Of a stretch of 64,000 nt of DNA, positions 38,183 to 49,505 are shown piece by piece. Each line of letters opens with the position of its first letter. Within the stretch, counting starts at the first letter, position 1. The notes under the pieces were generated by a model, which searched no databases, was not told where the DNA came from, and was given only the letters and a program-made list of their open reading frames with translations. Position numbers and translations under genes: made by a program. The stretch spans positions 4,122-68,121 of the forward strand of contig JAHCID010000010.1 of the NCBI GenBank assembly GCA_026129405.1. Direction: 5' to 3'. This DNA comes from a bacterium (lineage in GTDB: Bacteria; Desulfobacterota; Binatia; DP-6).

Positions 38183-39327
38183 CGACGCTCGCCGACGTGG
38201 TCCGCAGCCATCACGTCATCGTCTCCGCCGGCAGCGGCGGCGTCGGCAAGACGACGGTCGCTGCGTCGCTGGGGCTGTGGGGCGCCCTCGAGGGCCGGCG
38301 GACGGTCGTGCTCACCATCGACCCGGCGCGCCGGCTCGCCGTCTCGCTCGGCTTGAAGGACCTCGGCAGCGAGCCGCACCGCATCCCGCCGGACCTGCTC
38401 GCCTCCGGGGGGCTCGCGGCGCGCGGCGAGCTGTGGGCCATGATGCTCGACCAGAAGGGCGCCTGGGACGCGCTGGTCGAGCGCCATGCGCCGGCCGAGG
38501 CCAGGGAGCGCATCCTCGCGAACCCGTTTTACCAGCACCTTTCGCAGACGTTCGCGGGCTCGCAGGAGTACATGGCCGTGGAGCAGCTCTGCGAGCTGGT
38601 GGACGGCGGGGACTGGGACCTCATCGTCGTCGACACGCCGCCCACGCGGCACGCCCTCGACTTCCTCGAGGCGCCGCAGCGGCTCGGCGACTTCCTCGAC
38701 AAGAGCGTGCTCAAGTGGTTCATGCGCCCGTTGAACGCCGGCTGGTCGGCGTTGCGTGTGGTGAACCGCACCATGAGCTTCCTGCTCCAGCGGCTCGAGC
38801 AGGCGACCGGCATCTCCGCGCTCGCCGAGATATCCGACTTCTTCACCAGCATGAGCGGGCTCTTCGACAACTTCCAGGCGCGAGTCGATCGCGCGCACGA
38901 GGTCCTGCGCGGTCCGGAGACGGCCTTCGTCGTCGTGACGAGCGCCGAGGAGGAGGTGCTCGGCGACGCCGAGTATCTCGGCGCCAAGATGGCGGAGCTG
39001 CGCATGCCGCTGCGCGCGGTGGTGGTGAACCGCATGCACGAGGAGTTCCGGCGCGGCGGTCGCGTCGAGGTCGGACCCGAGGCGCGTGAGGACGTGGAGC
39101 AGGCGGTCGCCGCCGCGCTCGGCGATCCCGGCACGGCAGCGCGCGCCCTCGCCGCGAACTTCGTCGACTACCAGGTGCTCGCGCGCGGTGAGCAGCTCCG
39201 GCTCGATCTCTTCCGGCGCGGCCTGCGCCGCGGCGTGCCGCTGGTACGCGTTCCCGATTTCGGGCGCGACGTGCACGACCTCGGTGCGCTCGCGGCCATG
39301 CACCGCTCGTTGTTCGGTCAGGCGTAG
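38179..39327 (+). CDS. ArsA/Get3-family P-loop ATPase paralogue 2
   Basis: Walker [30 protein letters not shown] switch region. ATG overlaps the paralogue-1 stop (ATGA). Confidence 0.8.
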   Translation: MTTLADVVRSHHVIVSAGSGGVGKTTVAASLGLWGALEGRRTVVLTIDPARRLAVSLGLKDLGSEPHRIPPDLLASGGLAARGELWAMMLDQKGAWDALVERHAPAEARERILANPFYQHLSQTFAGSQEYMAVEQLCELVDGGDWDLIVVDTPPTRHALDFLEAPQRLGDFLDKSVLKWFMRPLNAGWSALRVVNRTMSFLLQRLEQATGISALAEISDFFTSMSGLFDNFQARVDRAHEVLRGPETAFVVVTSAEEEVLGDAEYLGAKMAELRMPLRAVVVNRMHEEFRRGGRVEVGPEAREDVEQAVAAALGDPGTAARALAANFVDYQVLARGEQLRLDLFRRGLRRGVPLVRVPDFGRDVHDLGALAAMHRSLFGQA

Positions 39328-39621
39328 GCCGGGGCGTGCGGCGTGCGGCGGGCGGGGCAGGCTGCCTCGTCGTGCGCGGCGGTCACGGGGCGAGCGGCGC
39401 ACCGGCGTCGCCGACCGTGCGCCGGGTCGTTTGTAGAACCCGGGACGGCCGCGGGAGGCAAGGTCACGGCGCGCCTCGCGCCCAGCCGCCGGAAACGGCC
39501 GCGTGACCCGGTGCCGACGAGACGCTCGCCCTGTAGGACGGGTTGCGCTTCGCCGGGATCGACGACTGGCATGCGGCTCGCATCGAAGGACCGTGCGGGC
39601 CTCATGCCCGCGAAATCGACC

Positions 39622-39639
39622 CGCGACAGGAGACGCACG
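39622..39639 (+). promoter_or_regulatory. Shine-Dalgarno (AGGAGA) for the small Q-rich ORF
   Basis: cgacaggagacgcacgATGaat: canonical SD with 7-nt spacer. Confidence 0.5.
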
Positions 39640-39807
39640 ATGAATCAGGAGAAGAACAATCCGCAGACCCCGGGCGGCCAGCCGCACCGCCAGGATCCGC
39701 AGCGCAAGGAGCAGCAACGCCCCGACCAGGGCCGGCAGGGCCAGCAGCGCCAGGAGCCGGGCCGCGGCGGGCAGTCGCAGCAGGAGCCGCACCGCCCCCA
39801 TCAGTGA
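39640..39807 (+). CDS. small (55 aa) Gln/Arg/Pro-rich disordered protein
   Basis: MNQEKNNPQTPGGQPHRQDPQRKEQQRPDQGRQGQQRQEPGRGGQSQQEPHRPHQ. An AGGAGA Shine-Dalgarno sits 7 nt upstream of the ATG. AT-richer codons at the 5' end are atypical for this genome. The upstream part of the track ORF is Arg-rich noise. Confidence 0.4.
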   Translation: MNQEKNNPQTPGGQPHRQDPQRKEQQRPDQGRQGQQRQEPGRGGQSQQEPHRPHQ

Positions 39808-39913
39808 GCGGTGCGCGGGCGTCTCGGGAGGGACGCCGGACCCGGCGGCCGGCGTCGCACGTCTCGTTCGGCGGAGCGGGTGCGTGCGGCGTCGGGTCGT
39901 CGGCGTTGCCCGG

Positions 39914-40678
39914 TCAGTAGCCCTTCAGCGACGCGCGTACGTACTCGCGGCTCATCCGCTGGATGACCCGCACCGAGATGCTCTTCGGGCACACCGCCTG
40001 GCACTCGCCCTCGTTCGAGCAGGCTCCGAAGCTTTCCGTCTCCATCTGCCCGACCATCCGGGCGACCCGCCGCTCGCGTTCGGGAGTACCCTGGGGGAGG
40101 CGAACGAGGTGGTCGATCTTGGCGCCGGTGAAGAGGACCGCCGAGGCGTTCTTGCACGCGGCGACGCACGCGCCGCAGCCGATGCACTGGGCGGCGTCCA
40201 TGGCAGCGTCGGACTCCGCCTTCGGAACCGCGATCATGTTGGCTTCGGGCGCACTGCCGGTGTCGACCGAGACGTAGCCGCCGGCGGCGATGATGCGGTC
40301 GAAGGCGCTGCGGTCGACGACCAGATCCTTCACGACCGGGAAGGCGCGGGCCCGGAACGGCTCGACGACGACGGTGTCGCCGTCGCGGAAGGAGCGGATG
40401 TAGAGCTGGCAGGTGGTCGAAGCCGGCTCGGGGCCGTGCGCCACGCCGTTCACCATGACGCCGCACGAGCCGCAGATGCCTTCGCGGCAGTCGTAGTCGA
40501 ACGCGACCGGATCCTTGCCCTCGCGGATCAGCTTCTCGTTGAGGACGTCCAGCATCTCGAGGAACGACATGTCGGGCGAGAGGCCCTCGAGACGATAGTC
40601 GACCAGGCGCCCGGCGTCGGCCGCGTTGGCCTGGCGCCACACCTTGAGGTTCAGGGCGATGTGCTTGGCGTCGTGCAC
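39914..40678 (-). CDS. sdhB: succinate dehydrogenase/fumarate reductase iron-sulfur subunit
   Basis: 2Fe-2S ([15 protein letters not shown]), 4Fe-4S ([11 protein letters not shown]) and 3Fe-4S (CQAVCPK) cysteine clusters. GTG start 11 nt after the sdhA stop, with an AGGAG RBS. Confidence 0.9.
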   Translation of the reverse strand: MHDAKHIALNLKVWRQANAADAGRLVDYRLEGLSPDMSFLEMLDVLNEKLIREGKDPVAFDYDCREGICGSCGVMVNGVAHGPEPASTTCQLYIRSFRDGDTVVVEPFRARAFPVVKDLVVDRSAFDRIIAAGGYVSVDTGSAPEANMIAVPKAESDAAMDAAQCIGCGACVAACKNASAVLFTGAKIDHLVRLPQGTPERERRVARMVGQMETESFGACSNEGECQAVCPKSISVRVIQRMSREYVRASLKGY

Positions 40679-40689
40679 GGCCGGGGCTC

Positions 40690-42603
40690 CTACGCGTAGC
40701 TCCGCTGCGCCAGGTGGACGTTCTCGAAGGTGAGGGGCTCCTGGTGCAGGACCGGATCGGTGCCGGCGCCGCGGAATTCCCAGGCGGCGACGTAGCAGAA
40801 GTGCTCGTCGTCGCGCTTGGCCTCGCCGTCGGGCGTCTGGCTCTCCTCGCGGAAATGTCCGCCGCACGATTCGCTGCGATGGAGCGCGTCGAAGGTCATG
40901 ACCTCGGCGAACTCGAGGAAGTCGGCGACGCGCAACGCGAGCTCCAGCTGCTTGTTCAGGTTGTTGCGGTCGCCGGGCACGCGCACGTCCTGCCAGTACT
41001 CCTGCTGGAGCTGGCGCACGCGGGCGAGGGCGGTGCGCAGCCCCGCGTCGGTGCGCGACATGCCGACATAGTCCCACATGAGCTTGCCGAGCTCGCGGTG
41101 GAAGTCCTGTACGGTGCGGCTGCCGTTCACGGCGAGCACCGTCTCGATGCGCTGCTGCACGCTCGCCGCCGCCTCCGCGAACGCCGCATGGTCGGTCGCG
41201 ACCGCGGGCAGCTTGTTGCTCGCGATGTAGTTGGCGAGCGTGTACGGGATCACGAAGTAGCCGTCGGCGAGGCCCTGCATGAGAGCGCTCGCGCCGAGAC
41301 GGTTGGCGCCGTGGTCGGAGAAATTCGCCTCGCCCAGCACGAAGAGGCCGGGGACGTTGCTCATGAGCTCGTAGTCCACCCACAGGCCGCCCATCGTATA
41401 GTGGACGGCGGGGTAGATGCGCATCGGCACCTCGTACGGATTCTCGCCCGTGATGTGCCGATACATGTCGAACAGGTTGCCGTAGCGCTCGCGGATCGTC
41501 TTCTCGCCGAGCCGTTTGATGGCGTCGGCGAAATCCAGGTAGACGGCGAGCCCCGTCGCGCCGACGCCGCGGCCCTCGTCGCAGACCGCCTTCGCGGCGC
41601 GCGAGGCGACGTCGCGGGGAACGAGATTGCCGAAGCTCGGGTAGCGGCGCTCGAGGTAGTAGTCCCGCTCCGCCTCCGGGATCTGCTGCGGCGGGCGCTG
41701 GTCCCTGGCCTGCTTCGGGACCCACACGCGGCCGTCGTTGCGCAGGCTCTCGCTCATGAGGGTGAGCTTGGCCTGGTAGTCGCCGGTCACCGGGATGCAG
41801 GTCGGGTGGATCTGCGTGAAGCACGGGTTCGCGAAGTACGCGCCGCGGCGGGTGCAGCGCCAGTTGGCCGTGACGTTCGAGTTGCCGGCGTTCGTCGACA
41901 GGAAGAAGACGTTGCCGTAGCCGCCGGTGCAGAGGAGCACGGCGTCGGCCGACCACCGCTCCAGCTCGCCGGTGACGAGGTCGCGCGTGACGATGCCGCG
42001 GGCGCGGCCGTCGACGAGGACGAGATCGAGCATCTCGCGCCGCGCGAAGAGCTTCACCTGGCCGCGGTCGACCTGGCGCATCATCGCCTGGTAGGCGCCG
42101 AGGAGGAGCTGCTGGCCCGTCTGGCCGCGCGCGTAGAAGGTGCGCGACACCTGGGCGCCGCCGAAAGACCGGTTGTCGAGCAGCCCGCCGTATTCGCGCG
42201 CGAACGGGACGCCCTGGGCGACGCACTGGTCGATGATGTGGACGCTGATCTCGGCCAGGCGGTGGACGTTCGCCTCGCGGGCCCGGAAGTCGCCGCCCTT
42301 CACCGTGTCGTAGAAGAGGCGGTGCACCGAGTCGCCGTCGTTCTTGTAGTTCTTCGCGGCGTTGATGCCACCCTGGGCCGCGATCGAGTGCGACCGGCGC
42401 GGGCTGTCGAGGATGGTGAAGGCGAGGACGTTGTATCCGAGCTCGCCCAGCGACGCGGCCGCCGATGCGCCCGCGAGGCCGGTGCCGACGACGATGACGG
42501 TGTGCTTCCGGCGGTTGGCCGGGTTCACCAGCTTCATGTCGAACTTGTGCCGCTCCCACTTGCCCTCGAGCGGACCGGAGGGGACCCTGCCGTCCAGCGT
42601 CAC
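40690..42603 (-). CDS. sdhA: succinate dehydrogenase/fumarate reductase flavoprotein subunit
   Basis: FAD Rossmann [14 protein letters not shown], covalent-FAD His context ([14 protein letters not shown]), 637 aa. Confidence 0.95.
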   Translation of the reverse strand: MTLDGRVPSGPLEGKWERHKFDMKLVNPANRRKHTVIVVGTGLAGASAAASLGELGYNVLAFTILDSPRRSHSIAAQGGINAAKNYKNDGDSVHRLFYDTVKGGDFRAREANVHRLAEISVHIIDQCVAQGVPFAREYGGLLDNRSFGGAQVSRTFYARGQTGQQLLLGAYQAMMRQVDRGQVKLFARREMLDLVLVDGRARGIVTRDLVTGELERWSADAVLLCTGGYGNVFFLSTNAGNSNVTANWRCTRRGAYFANPCFTQIHPTCIPVTGDYQAKLTLMSESLRNDGRVWVPKQARDQRPPQQIPEAERDYYLERRYPSFGNLVPRDVASRAAKAVCDEGRGVGATGLAVYLDFADAIKRLGEKTIRERYGNLFDMYRHITGENPYEVPMRIYPAVHYTMGGLWVDYELMSNVPGLFVLGEANFSDHGANRLGASALMQGLADGYFVIPYTLANYIASNKLPAVATDHAAFAEAAASVQQRIETVLAVNGSRTVQDFHRELGKLMWDYVGMSRTDAGLRTALARVRQLQQEYWQDVRVPGDRNNLNKQLELALRVADFLEFAEVMTFDALHRSESCGGHFREESQTPDGEAKRDDEHFCYVAAWEFRGAGTDPVLHQEPLTFENVHLAQRSYA

Positions 42604-43268
42604 AGCCGACCTCCGGTGAAGAACACGACGACGGGAACGAGCGTGAAGCCGCCGGCGATCGCGAGGGCGACGATCTGCCCCGTGCGCCGGATCGCGGGAC
42701 GATGCGCCACGCCGAGCGAGTCGAAGGCGCTGCCGAACCCGTGCCAGAGGTGGAAGCCGACGACGCCCATCGCCAGCACGTACCAGGCGACGAGCAACGG
42801 GTTCTGGAAATCCTCGATCACCAGGCGGTGGAGGTCACGGATGCCCGGCTCGCCCGGGGTCTCGTAGTGGGGGCCGAACTTGAACATCCGGATGTGCAGC
42901 GGCACGAAGACGAGCAGGACGAGCCCGGTGAGGATCATCGTCGTCGACGCGAGACTCTTGTGGCTCGTGTGTCCCGCGCGCTTCTTCATCTGGTAGGCGA
43001 CGGGGCGCGCCGCACGATTGCGCAGCCAGACGCGAATGCCGCTCACCAGATGGGCGACGAAGAGCGCCGCCAGGCCGGCCTCTGCCAGATAGATGAGCGG
43101 GTTGGAGGTGAGCGAGTGGCTGTAGGCGTTGTAGGCGCCGGGTCCGACGAAGACGAGCAGGTTCGCGCTCATGTGGGTCGCGAGGAACCCGATCAGGGCG
43201 AGCCCCGTGAGGCCCATCAGGACCTTCTGACCGATGGTACCGGTCAGGAATTTCAGCACCCGAGACAC
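42600..43268 (-). CDS. sdhC: succinate dehydrogenase cytochrome b subunit
   Basis: Five TM helices with conserved His residues. Overlaps the sdhA start by 4 nt. Operon order sdhC-A-B. Confidence 0.8.
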   Translation of the reverse strand: MSRVLKFLTGTIGQKVLMGLTGLALIGFLATHMSANLLVFVGPGAYNAYSHSLTSNPLIYLAEAGLAALFVAHLVSGIRVWLRNRAARPVAYQMKKRAGHTSHKSLASTTMILTGLVLLVFVPLHIRMFKFGPHYETPGEPGIRDLHRLVIEDFQNPLLVAWYVLAMGVVGFHLWHGFGSAFDSLGVAHRPAIRRTGQIVALAIAGGFTLVPVVVFFTGGRL

Positions 43269-43401
43269 CCGTCTTGTCCTCCGCAGCGTGCGCTCTCATC
43301 TCCGGCGCGCCCGCCGCACGTGGCTACGATGCTAGGGCAGGGGACATGAATATCCAAAGCAAAACGCCGCCGCGCTCACATTAGCAACGCGAATACTGCG
43401 G
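43269..43401 (-). promoter_or_regulatory. putative sdhCAB promoter region
   Basis: 133-bp gap upstream of sdhC containing an AT-richer block (gggacatgaatatccaaagcaaaacg ... cacattagcaacgcgaatactgcgg) unusual for this genome. Confidence 0.3.
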
Positions 43402-43728
43402 TCAGCGCAGGATGCCGCGGGTCGCCACGTCGCCGACCGTGAAGGCGAAGAGCAGCAGGATCCATACGAACCCACAGAGGGCGAACATCTGCGTCAGCCG
43501 GCTGTTGAACCGGACGTGCATGAAGAACAGCACGACGAGCGTCGCCTTCAGCACGGCAATGCCGAGCATGACGACGTTGTTGAGCGCGCCGAGATCGACG
43601 TAGGCGACGGCGGTCGTGATCGCCGTCAGCACCATCAGGGAGACGAAGATCGCGAGATACATCCCGATCCCGACGACGTGCTCGGACGCGTGCTCGGCTT
43701 CGTGGGCGACGGACTTGGCGGAGCTCAT
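43402..43728 (-). CDS. cytochrome c oxidase subunit IV (bacterial CtaF/CoxD-like small membrane subunit)
   Basis: 108 aa with three TM helices, directly downstream of the subunit III gene. Confidence 0.7.
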   Translation of the reverse strand: MSSAKSVAHEAEHASEHVVGIGMYLAIFVSLMVLTAITTAVAYVDLGALNNVVMLGIAVLKATLVVLFFMHVRFNSRLTQMFALCGFVWILLLFAFTVGDVATRGILR

Positions 43729-43738
43729 GTGCGCAGCC

Positions 43739-44407
43739 TCAGTGACGACCGATGAGGTAGAGGAGGGGGAAGAGGAAGATCCAGACGATGTCGACGAAGT
43801 GCCAGTACAGGCCGCAGACCTCGACCGGGTTGTGGTAGGCCGGCCCGAAGCGGCCCTTCCACATCGCCCACATGAGCCAGGCCATGATGCCGACGCCGAT
43901 GATCATGTGCAGCGCGTGCAGACCGGTCATCGCGAAGTAGAGCGAGTAGAATATCTGCACGGCGTGCGCTTCGCCGGCGTCCGGCCAGTGGAAGTTCGGA
44001 CCCGGGATCAGGTGGTCCACCCACTTGTGGTAGTACTCGTAGACCTTCACGCCGAGGAACACGCTGCCGAGCACGACGGTCGCCATCACCCAGAAGATCT
44101 GGCGGAAGCGGTTGTGGCTCATCTGCGCCGCGTGGACGGCGAGCGCCATCGTGAGGCTCGAGCCGATCAGGACGGCGGTGTTGAAGGTGCCGAGCGTGAC
44201 GTCGAGGTGGTGCGACGCGTGCTGGAACGCGGTGGGGTGGAGGAAGCGGTAGACGATGTAGAGGCCGAACAGCCCGCCGAAGAACATCACCTCGTTGACG
44301 AGGAATGCCCACATCCCGACGGTGACGGACTCCTTCTGCTGCTCGGCGTCGTCGAACTGATGCGCGACGTTGACGTCGTGGTGCGCGTGTGCAGCGAGCT
44401 CAGCCAA
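43739..44407 (-). CDS. ctaE: cytochrome c oxidase subunit III
   Basis: Seven-helix subunit III pattern ([32 protein letters not shown]). Confidence 0.9.
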   Translation of the reverse strand: MAELAAHAHHDVNVAHQFDDAEQQKESVTVGMWAFLVNEVMFFGGLFGLYIVYRFLHPTAFQHASHHLDVTLGTFNTAVLIGSSLTMALAVHAAQMSHNRFRQIFWVMATVVLGSVFLGVKVYEYYHKWVDHLIPGPNFHWPDAGEAHAVQIFYSLYFAMTGLHALHMIIGVGIMAWLMWAMWKGRFGPAYHNPVEVCGLYWHFVDIVWIFLFPLLYLIGRH

Positions 44408-46067
44408 CGGCGGCCTCCTTCATGGACCCGTTCGCCGGAGCGGGCGGGAATTGCACCGACGTCTCGTAGTCGTAGGCCTCGGCGGTGACGATCGGCGTGC
44501 GGACGAAGTTCTCGGTGGGCGGCGGCGAGGCCGTCTCCCACTCGAGGCCCGCGGCGCCCCACGGATTCGCGATGGCGCGCTCTCCGAAGCGCAGCGACCA
44601 GGGCAGGTAGAGCATCGGCAGCAGGTACCCGATCCCGAGGATGGTCGCGCCGGCCGTCGACATCACGTTCAGCACCTGGAACTCGTCCGGATACACGTGG
44701 TAGCGCCGCGGCATGCCGAGGTAGCCCACGATGAACTGCGGGAAGAACGTGAGGTTGAACCCGAGGAACACGATCACGCCCGCGACCTTCGCCAGCGCCT
44801 CGGGGTACATCCGGCCGGTGATCTTCGGCCACCAGAAGTGGATGCCGCCGAGGTAGGCCATGATCGCACCGCCCACCATCACGTAGTGGAAGTGCGCGAC
44901 GACGAAGTACGTGTCGTGCACGTGCACGTCGAGGCCGAGCGTCGCGAGGAAGAGGCCGGTGAGGCCGCCGATCGTGAACAGGCCGATGAAGCCGAGCGCG
45001 TACAGCATCGGCGAGTCCCAAGAGACGGAACCCTTGTAGAGCGTGGCCGTCCAGTTGAAGACCTTCACCGCCGAGGGAATCGCGACGGCCATCGACAGGA
45101 AGGAGAACACCATGCCGACGTAGACCGACTGGCCGCTCGTGAACATGTGGTGGCCCCACACGACGAAGCCGAGCACGGCGATCATGAGGCTCGAGACCGC
45201 GATGAACGCGTAGCCGAACACGCGCTTGCGCGAGAAGGCCGTGACCAGCTCGCTGATCACGCCCATGCCCGGGAGGATCATGATGTAGACGGCGGGGTGC
45301 GAGTAGAACCAGAACAGGTGCTGGAACAGGATCGGGTCGCCGCCGAGCTTCGGATCGAAGAAGCCGAGGTGCAGCCCGCGCTCGACGGCCACGAGCAGGA
45401 TGGTGATCGCCAGCACCGGAGTGCCGAGGATCATGATCAGGCTCGTCGCATAGTGCGCCCACACGAAGAGGGGCAGGCGCATCCAGGTGAGGCCGGGCGC
45501 CCGCATCGTGTGGATCGTCACGATGAAGTTGAGGCCCGTGAGGATCGACGAGAAGCCGGTGATGAAGACGCCGAGCGCGGCCGGGATGACGTTGGTCGTC
45601 GAGGCCGAGGTGCTGAACGGCGTGTAGAAGGTCCAACCGGTGTCGAGGCCGCCCGTGATCATGGCGTACAGCGCGAAGCCGGCGCCGATCATGAAGATGT
45701 ACCAGCTGAGGAGGTTGATGCGCGGGAAGGCGAGGTCGCGCGCTCCGATCATCAGCGGGATCAGGAAGTTGCCGAGCACCGCCGGGATCGACGGGACCAG
45801 GAAGAAGAAGATCATCACCACGCCGTGCATGGTGAAGAGCTTGTTGTAGGTGTCGCTCTGGACGAGGTCGCCGCGCGGCGTGAGCAGCTCGAGCCGGATC
45901 AGACCGGCGAAGATGGCGCCGACCAGGAAGAAGATCGAGATCGAGACGAGGTAGAGGATCGCGATCCGCTTGTGGTCGACGGTGAGCAGCCACGAGCGGA
46001 CGGTGTAGTCCGCGTTGAGATAGGTCGTGGGCTCGTCCTTCGGCCGCGTGTCGATGGCGGTGTTCAT
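44400..46067 (-). CDS. ctaD: cytochrome c oxidase subunit I (heme-copper oxidase catalytic subunit)
   Basis: Canonical subunit I helices and ligands ([36 protein letters not shown]). Starts at [10 protein letters not shown]; overlaps the ctaC stop. Confidence 0.95.
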   Translation of the reverse strand: MNTAIDTRPKDEPTTYLNADYTVRSWLLTVDHKRIAILYLVSISIFFLVGAIFAGLIRLELLTPRGDLVQSDTYNKLFTMHGVVMIFFFLVPSIPAVLGNFLIPLMIGARDLAFPRINLLSWYIFMIGAGFALYAMITGGLDTGWTFYTPFSTSASTTNVIPAALGVFITGFSSILTGLNFIVTIHTMRAPGLTWMRLPLFVWAHYATSLIMILGTPVLAITILLVAVERGLHLGFFDPKLGGDPILFQHLFWFYSHPAVYIMILPGMGVISELVTAFSRKRVFGYAFIAVSSLMIAVLGFVVWGHHMFTSGQSVYVGMVFSFLSMAVAIPSAVKVFNWTATLYKGSVSWDSPMLYALGFIGLFTIGGLTGLFLATLGLDVHVHDTYFVVAHFHYVMVGGAIMAYLGGIHFWWPKITGRMYPEALAKVAGVIVFLGFNLTFFPQFIVGYLGMPRRYHVYPDEFQVLNVMSTAGATILGIGYLLPMLYLPWSLRFGERAIANPWGAAGLEWETASPPPTENFVRTPIVTAEAYDYETSVQFPPAPANGSMKEAAVG

Positions 46068-47044
46068 CAGTGGGCCTCCGCGCCTGAGTGCGCCTTCGCA
46101 CTCGACGGCGCCTCCGCGCCCGCGGGCGGCAGCGACTTCACGTATGCGATGAGCTGCATCACGCTCTCCTCGCTGAGCAGACCCTGGAAGGTCGGCATGA
46201 TCGGCTGATAGCCCTCGACGAGCTTCGCCTGCGGGTTGAGGATCGACTCGCGCAGGTAGTTGTCGTCGACGGTGACCGTGCGTCCGTCGGTCAGTTTCAC
46301 CGTCTTGCCGAAGATGCCGCCGAGCAGCGGGCCGCGGGCGCCCGGCCCCCCGAGGTGGCACGAGGCGCAGCCCTGCTGCTGGAAGAGCTGCGCGCCCGCC
46401 TCCGCGACGGAGACGCCCTTGTCGCCGGCCAGCCACGCCTGGAAGGCGGGCGGGTCCATCGCGATGATCTTGCCGATCATCCCGGAGTGCAGCGTGCCGC
46501 AGTACTCGGCGCAGAACAGGTGATACTCGCCGGGCTGCGTCGCCTCGAACCAGGTGAGGGTGTAGCGACCCGGCACGGCGTCCATCTTGGTGCGGAACGC
46601 CGGCACGTAGAAGCTGTGGATCACGTCCTCGGACGCCAGCGTCACCTGCACGGGCTTGCCGACCGGGATGTGGAGCTCGTTGATCTCCCGCCGGCCCTCC
46701 ATGTGCTGGACCTTCCACATCCACTGCTTGCCGACGACGTTCACGTACAGCGCGTCGTCGGGCGGCCGGCGGATGTTGGCGTACAGCACGGCGCCCCAGC
46801 CGAAGATGCCGATCGAGATGATGAAGGGGATGATCGACCAGGCGAACTCGAGCAGGTTCGAGCCGTGGATGCCGTGCGGCCGCTCGTCGTGGCTGCGCCG
46901 CTTGAAGCGGATCATGAACGCGACGATCGTCGCCGCGATCGCCACGGTGAAGAAGACCGTCAGGGCGACGAGGAAGAAGAAGAGGTAGTCGACCTGCGGC
47001 GCCAGGGTCGACGCCTGCACGGGGAACAACCGGAAGTCATTCAT
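46067..47044 (-). CDS. ctaC: cytochrome c oxidase subunit II with C-terminal cytochrome c domain (caa3-type)
   Basis: CuA site ([17 protein letters not shown] ... [12 protein letters not shown]) plus a C-terminal heme c motif CASCH. Confidence 0.9.
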   Translation of the reverse strand: MNDFRLFPVQASTLAPQVDYLFFFLVALTVFFTVAIAATIVAFMIRFKRRSHDERPHGIHGSNLLEFAWSIIPFIISIGIFGWGAVLYANIRRPPDDALYVNVVGKQWMWKVQHMEGRREINELHIPVGKPVQVTLASEDVIHSFYVPAFRTKMDAVPGRYTLTWFEATQPGEYHLFCAEYCGTLHSGMIGKIIAMDPPAFQAWLAGDKGVSVAEAGAQLFQQQGCASCHLGGPGARGPLLGGIFGKTVKLTDGRTVTVDDNYLRESILNPQAKLVEGYQPIMPTFQGLLSEESVMQLIAYVKSLPPAGAEAPSSAKAHSGAEAH

Positions 47045-47931
47045 GACGAGCGGACCTCCCGGTCCGGCTGAGCGCGGCGCTCGCGACGGATCATGACGAA
47101 GAGGAAGCTGCCGATCGCGAGCAGCGTCAGGACCCCGCCGGCGCGCACGGCGCTCATCGCCACCTTGCTGTAGCGCCCGGTCGCGGGGTCGTAGTGGAAG
47201 CAGAAGAGGAGCAGCTGATCGACGAACGTGCCGATGCGCTCCTCGGAAGCCTCGACGAGCGCCAGGCGCACGTCACGGGGCGCGAACTCGACCCCGTAGA
47301 AGTAGTGCGACAGCCGACCCTCCGGGGTGACGACGACGATGCCGCTCGCATGCGCGAACTGCCTGCTCGCCTCGTCCCACGCGTAGCGGAAGCCGATGGC
47401 CTCGGTCACCGTGCGGATGCTCTCCGCGTCGCCGGTGAGGAAGCGCCAGCCCTTCGCCCCGTTCGGCCGCCGGTAGTTCTCGAGGTAAGTCGCCTGCTTC
47501 TTCTTGGCCAGCTCGGCGCCCTCGTTCGGGTCGAAGCTGAACGTGACCGTCGTGTAGGTGTCGCCGGCGTCGAAGGGCAGGGCGCGCATCATGCGCACGA
47601 CGCCGTTGAGGACGATGGTGCACAGCATCGGGCACTCGTAGTACGCCGGCACCAGCAGCATCGGCTTACCGCCGGACGCCTCGCGCAGCGTGATCGGCTT
47701 GCCGTCCTCGTCGCGGAAGACCGCGTCGAGGTCGAGCGTGGTGCCGAGCTTCTGATCGAAGGTGACGTCGCGGAGGATCTCCGGCCGGCCGTCGGAGGCC
47801 TTCGGGCCGCCGACGGCCCCGGGTGCGGCACCGCCCGCGCCGGGCGTACCGTCCTTGAAGGCGCCGGCCGGGCGCCCGCCCGCCAGCGTGCACGCCAGGG
47901 CGGCGGCGAGGACCAAGGGGGCGCGTCTCAC
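47041..47931 (-). CDS. SCO1/SenC-family copper chaperone (thioredoxin-like)
   Basis: CxxxC copper motif in YYECPMLCT plus a conserved downstream His. C-terminal TM anchor. Overlaps the ctaC start (ATGA). Confidence 0.85.
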   Translation of the reverse strand: MRRAPLVLAAALACTLAGGRPAGAFKDGTPGAGGAAPGAVGGPKASDGRPEILRDVTFDQKLGTTLDLDAVFRDEDGKPITLREASGGKPMLLVPAYYECPMLCTIVLNGVVRMMRALPFDAGDTYTTVTFSFDPNEGAELAKKKQATYLENYRRPNGAKGWRFLTGDAESIRTVTEAIGFRYAWDEASRQFAHASGIVVVTPEGRLSHYFYGVEFAPRDVRLALVEASEERIGTFVDQLLLFCFHYDPATGRYSKVAMSAVRAGGVLTLLAIGSFLFVMIRRERRAQPDREVRSS

Positions 47932-48320
47932 CGCGCGGCTCCTCCGCGGCGTGCGACGAGCAGCTCCATGGCGCGGTCGATCGGGATGCGCACGACGCCC
48001 GCCTGCCGGTCGACCCAGCCGTAGCCCGCAAGCTGCGCGACCTCGCGCGCCCGCAGGGCAGCGAGATCGCCGATGGGATCGATCTGGAGGCGGGGCTCCG
48101 GCGGTTCGCGCCGCGCGTAGGACTGGGCGAGCGGGCTCGCGGGCGGGCTCATGACGTCCTCGCGCCAGACGAGCAGCTTCAGCATGCCCCACATGAGCGC
48201 GAACGAGACCACCACGAGGACGACGACGCCGGCCGCCGCGCCGTAGACGGAGCCGAAGCGGACGTCGCGCAGCTCGTGGCCGAGCGAGGGATCGGTTTGG
48301 GGGTCGACGGGATGCTGCAT
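47928..48320 (-). CDS. hypothetical single-TM membrane protein embedded in the ACIII-caa3 cluster
   Basis: 130 aa, one TM helice (VVVLVVVSFALMWGML). Translationally coupled to sco1 (overlap) and 4 nt from the actF stop. Confidence 0.45.
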   Translation of the reverse strand: MQHPVDPQTDPSLGHELRDVRFGSVYGAAAGVVVLVVVSFALMWGMLKLLVWREDVMSPPASPLAQSYARREPPEPRLQIDPIGDLAALRAREVAQLAGYGWVDRQAGVVRIPIDRAMELLVARRGGAAR

Positions 48321-48323
48321 CGT

Positions 48324-49505
48324 CTACTCCAGCACCGGCACCGACGGGTCCCGCAGCGGCAGCAGCGGGCGCCCCTCGAGCTGGCGCACGAAGAACCATA
48401 TCCACAGGCCGCCGACGCCGAGGAGCGAGGCGACGTCGATCATGCGGATCGAGAAGCCCTCGGGACGGAAGACCGGCTGCACGAGGAAGAACACGTCGCA
48501 CATGCGCACGACGATGAGCGCCACCGCGACCGCCGCGAGCTTCGCGGCGCTGCGCTTCAACGACCGCGACAGCAGCAGCGCGAAGGGCAGGGCGAAGTGG
48601 AAGATCACGATGAAGATCGCGAAGTACTGCCAGCCGTTCGACGTTCGCTTCAGGTACCAGGGAATCTCCTCGGGGAGGTTGCCCGACCAGATGATGAGGA
48701 ACTGCGAGAAGCTGAAGTAGGCCCACAGCATCACGAAGGCGAGCATCAGCTTGCCGAGGTCGGCGACCTGATCGACCTTGATGATGCCGCGCACCGGCGG
48801 ATTGTTCGCGAGCAGCGCCGCCATCGGGATCATGAGCGCGAAGGCCGAGAGCCCGCAGCCGCCGATGAAGAGGATGCCGTAGATGGTCGAGAACCAGTGC
48901 GGCTCGAGCGACATCAGCCAGTCGATGCCGGCGAAGCTCATGGTCAGCACCATGAGGACGAGGCCGCCGCGCGACAGCAGCTCCAGGCGCGCGCCCGGCT
49001 TCGGATCCGTGGTGGTGTCCTGGAGCAGCGACCAGCGGGTGAGGGCCCGCACCATCAGTATCCAGGCGAGGAAGTAGACGACCGCGCGTCCGAGGAAGAA
49101 GGGGACGTTCAGGTAGAGCGCCTTGTGCTGGAGCACCGGGTCGTGCGCGACGTGCTCCGGCTGCGCCCACTCGTAGATCCGGGGCAGGCCGAGCGCGATC
49201 GGGACGAAGAGGAGCGCCATCAGCGGCAGGGTGCGGGCGCCGGACTCGAGGAGTCGCCGGATCGCCATGCCCCACGCGCCGCCCGTCACGTGATGGATCA
49301 TGAGCACGCCGAGGCAGCCGAGGGCGAGGCCCGTCCAGAAGACGTAGGCGACGAGGTAGGAGCGCAGGAGGGGCGTCGGGTCGTTCGCGGCGATGCCGAG
49401 CGCGGCGCAGACCACGATCGCGATGCCGCCGACGCCAAGGGCGCCCCGCTGCAGACGGTACAGGGGATGGTCGGCCGGAAGGGTGAGCTGGGGCACCGGG
49501 CGCAT
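48324..49505 (-). CDS. actF: alternative complex III subunit ActF (polytopic membrane subunit)
   Basis: Multi-TM protein following actE in the act operon. Start set at MRPVPQLTL within the longer track ORF. Confidence 0.7.
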   Translation of the reverse strand: MRPVPQLTLPADHPLYRLQRGALGVGGIAIVVCAALGIAANDPTPLLRSYLVAYVFWTGLALGCLGVLMIHHVTGGAWGMAIRRLLESGARTLPLMALLFVPIALGLPRIYEWAQPEHVAHDPVLQHKALYLNVPFFLGRAVVYFLAWILMVRALTRWSLLQDTTTDPKPGARLELLSRGGLVLMVLTMSFAGIDWLMSLEPHWFSTIYGILFIGGCGLSAFALMIPMAALLANNPPVRGIIKVDQVADLGKLMLAFVMLWAYFSFSQFLIIWSGNLPEEIPWYLKRTSNGWQYFAIFIVIFHFALPFALLLSRSLKRSAAKLAAVAVALIVVRMCDVFFLVQPVFRPEGFSIRMIDVASLLGVGGLWIWFFVRQLEGRPLLPLRDPSVPVLE

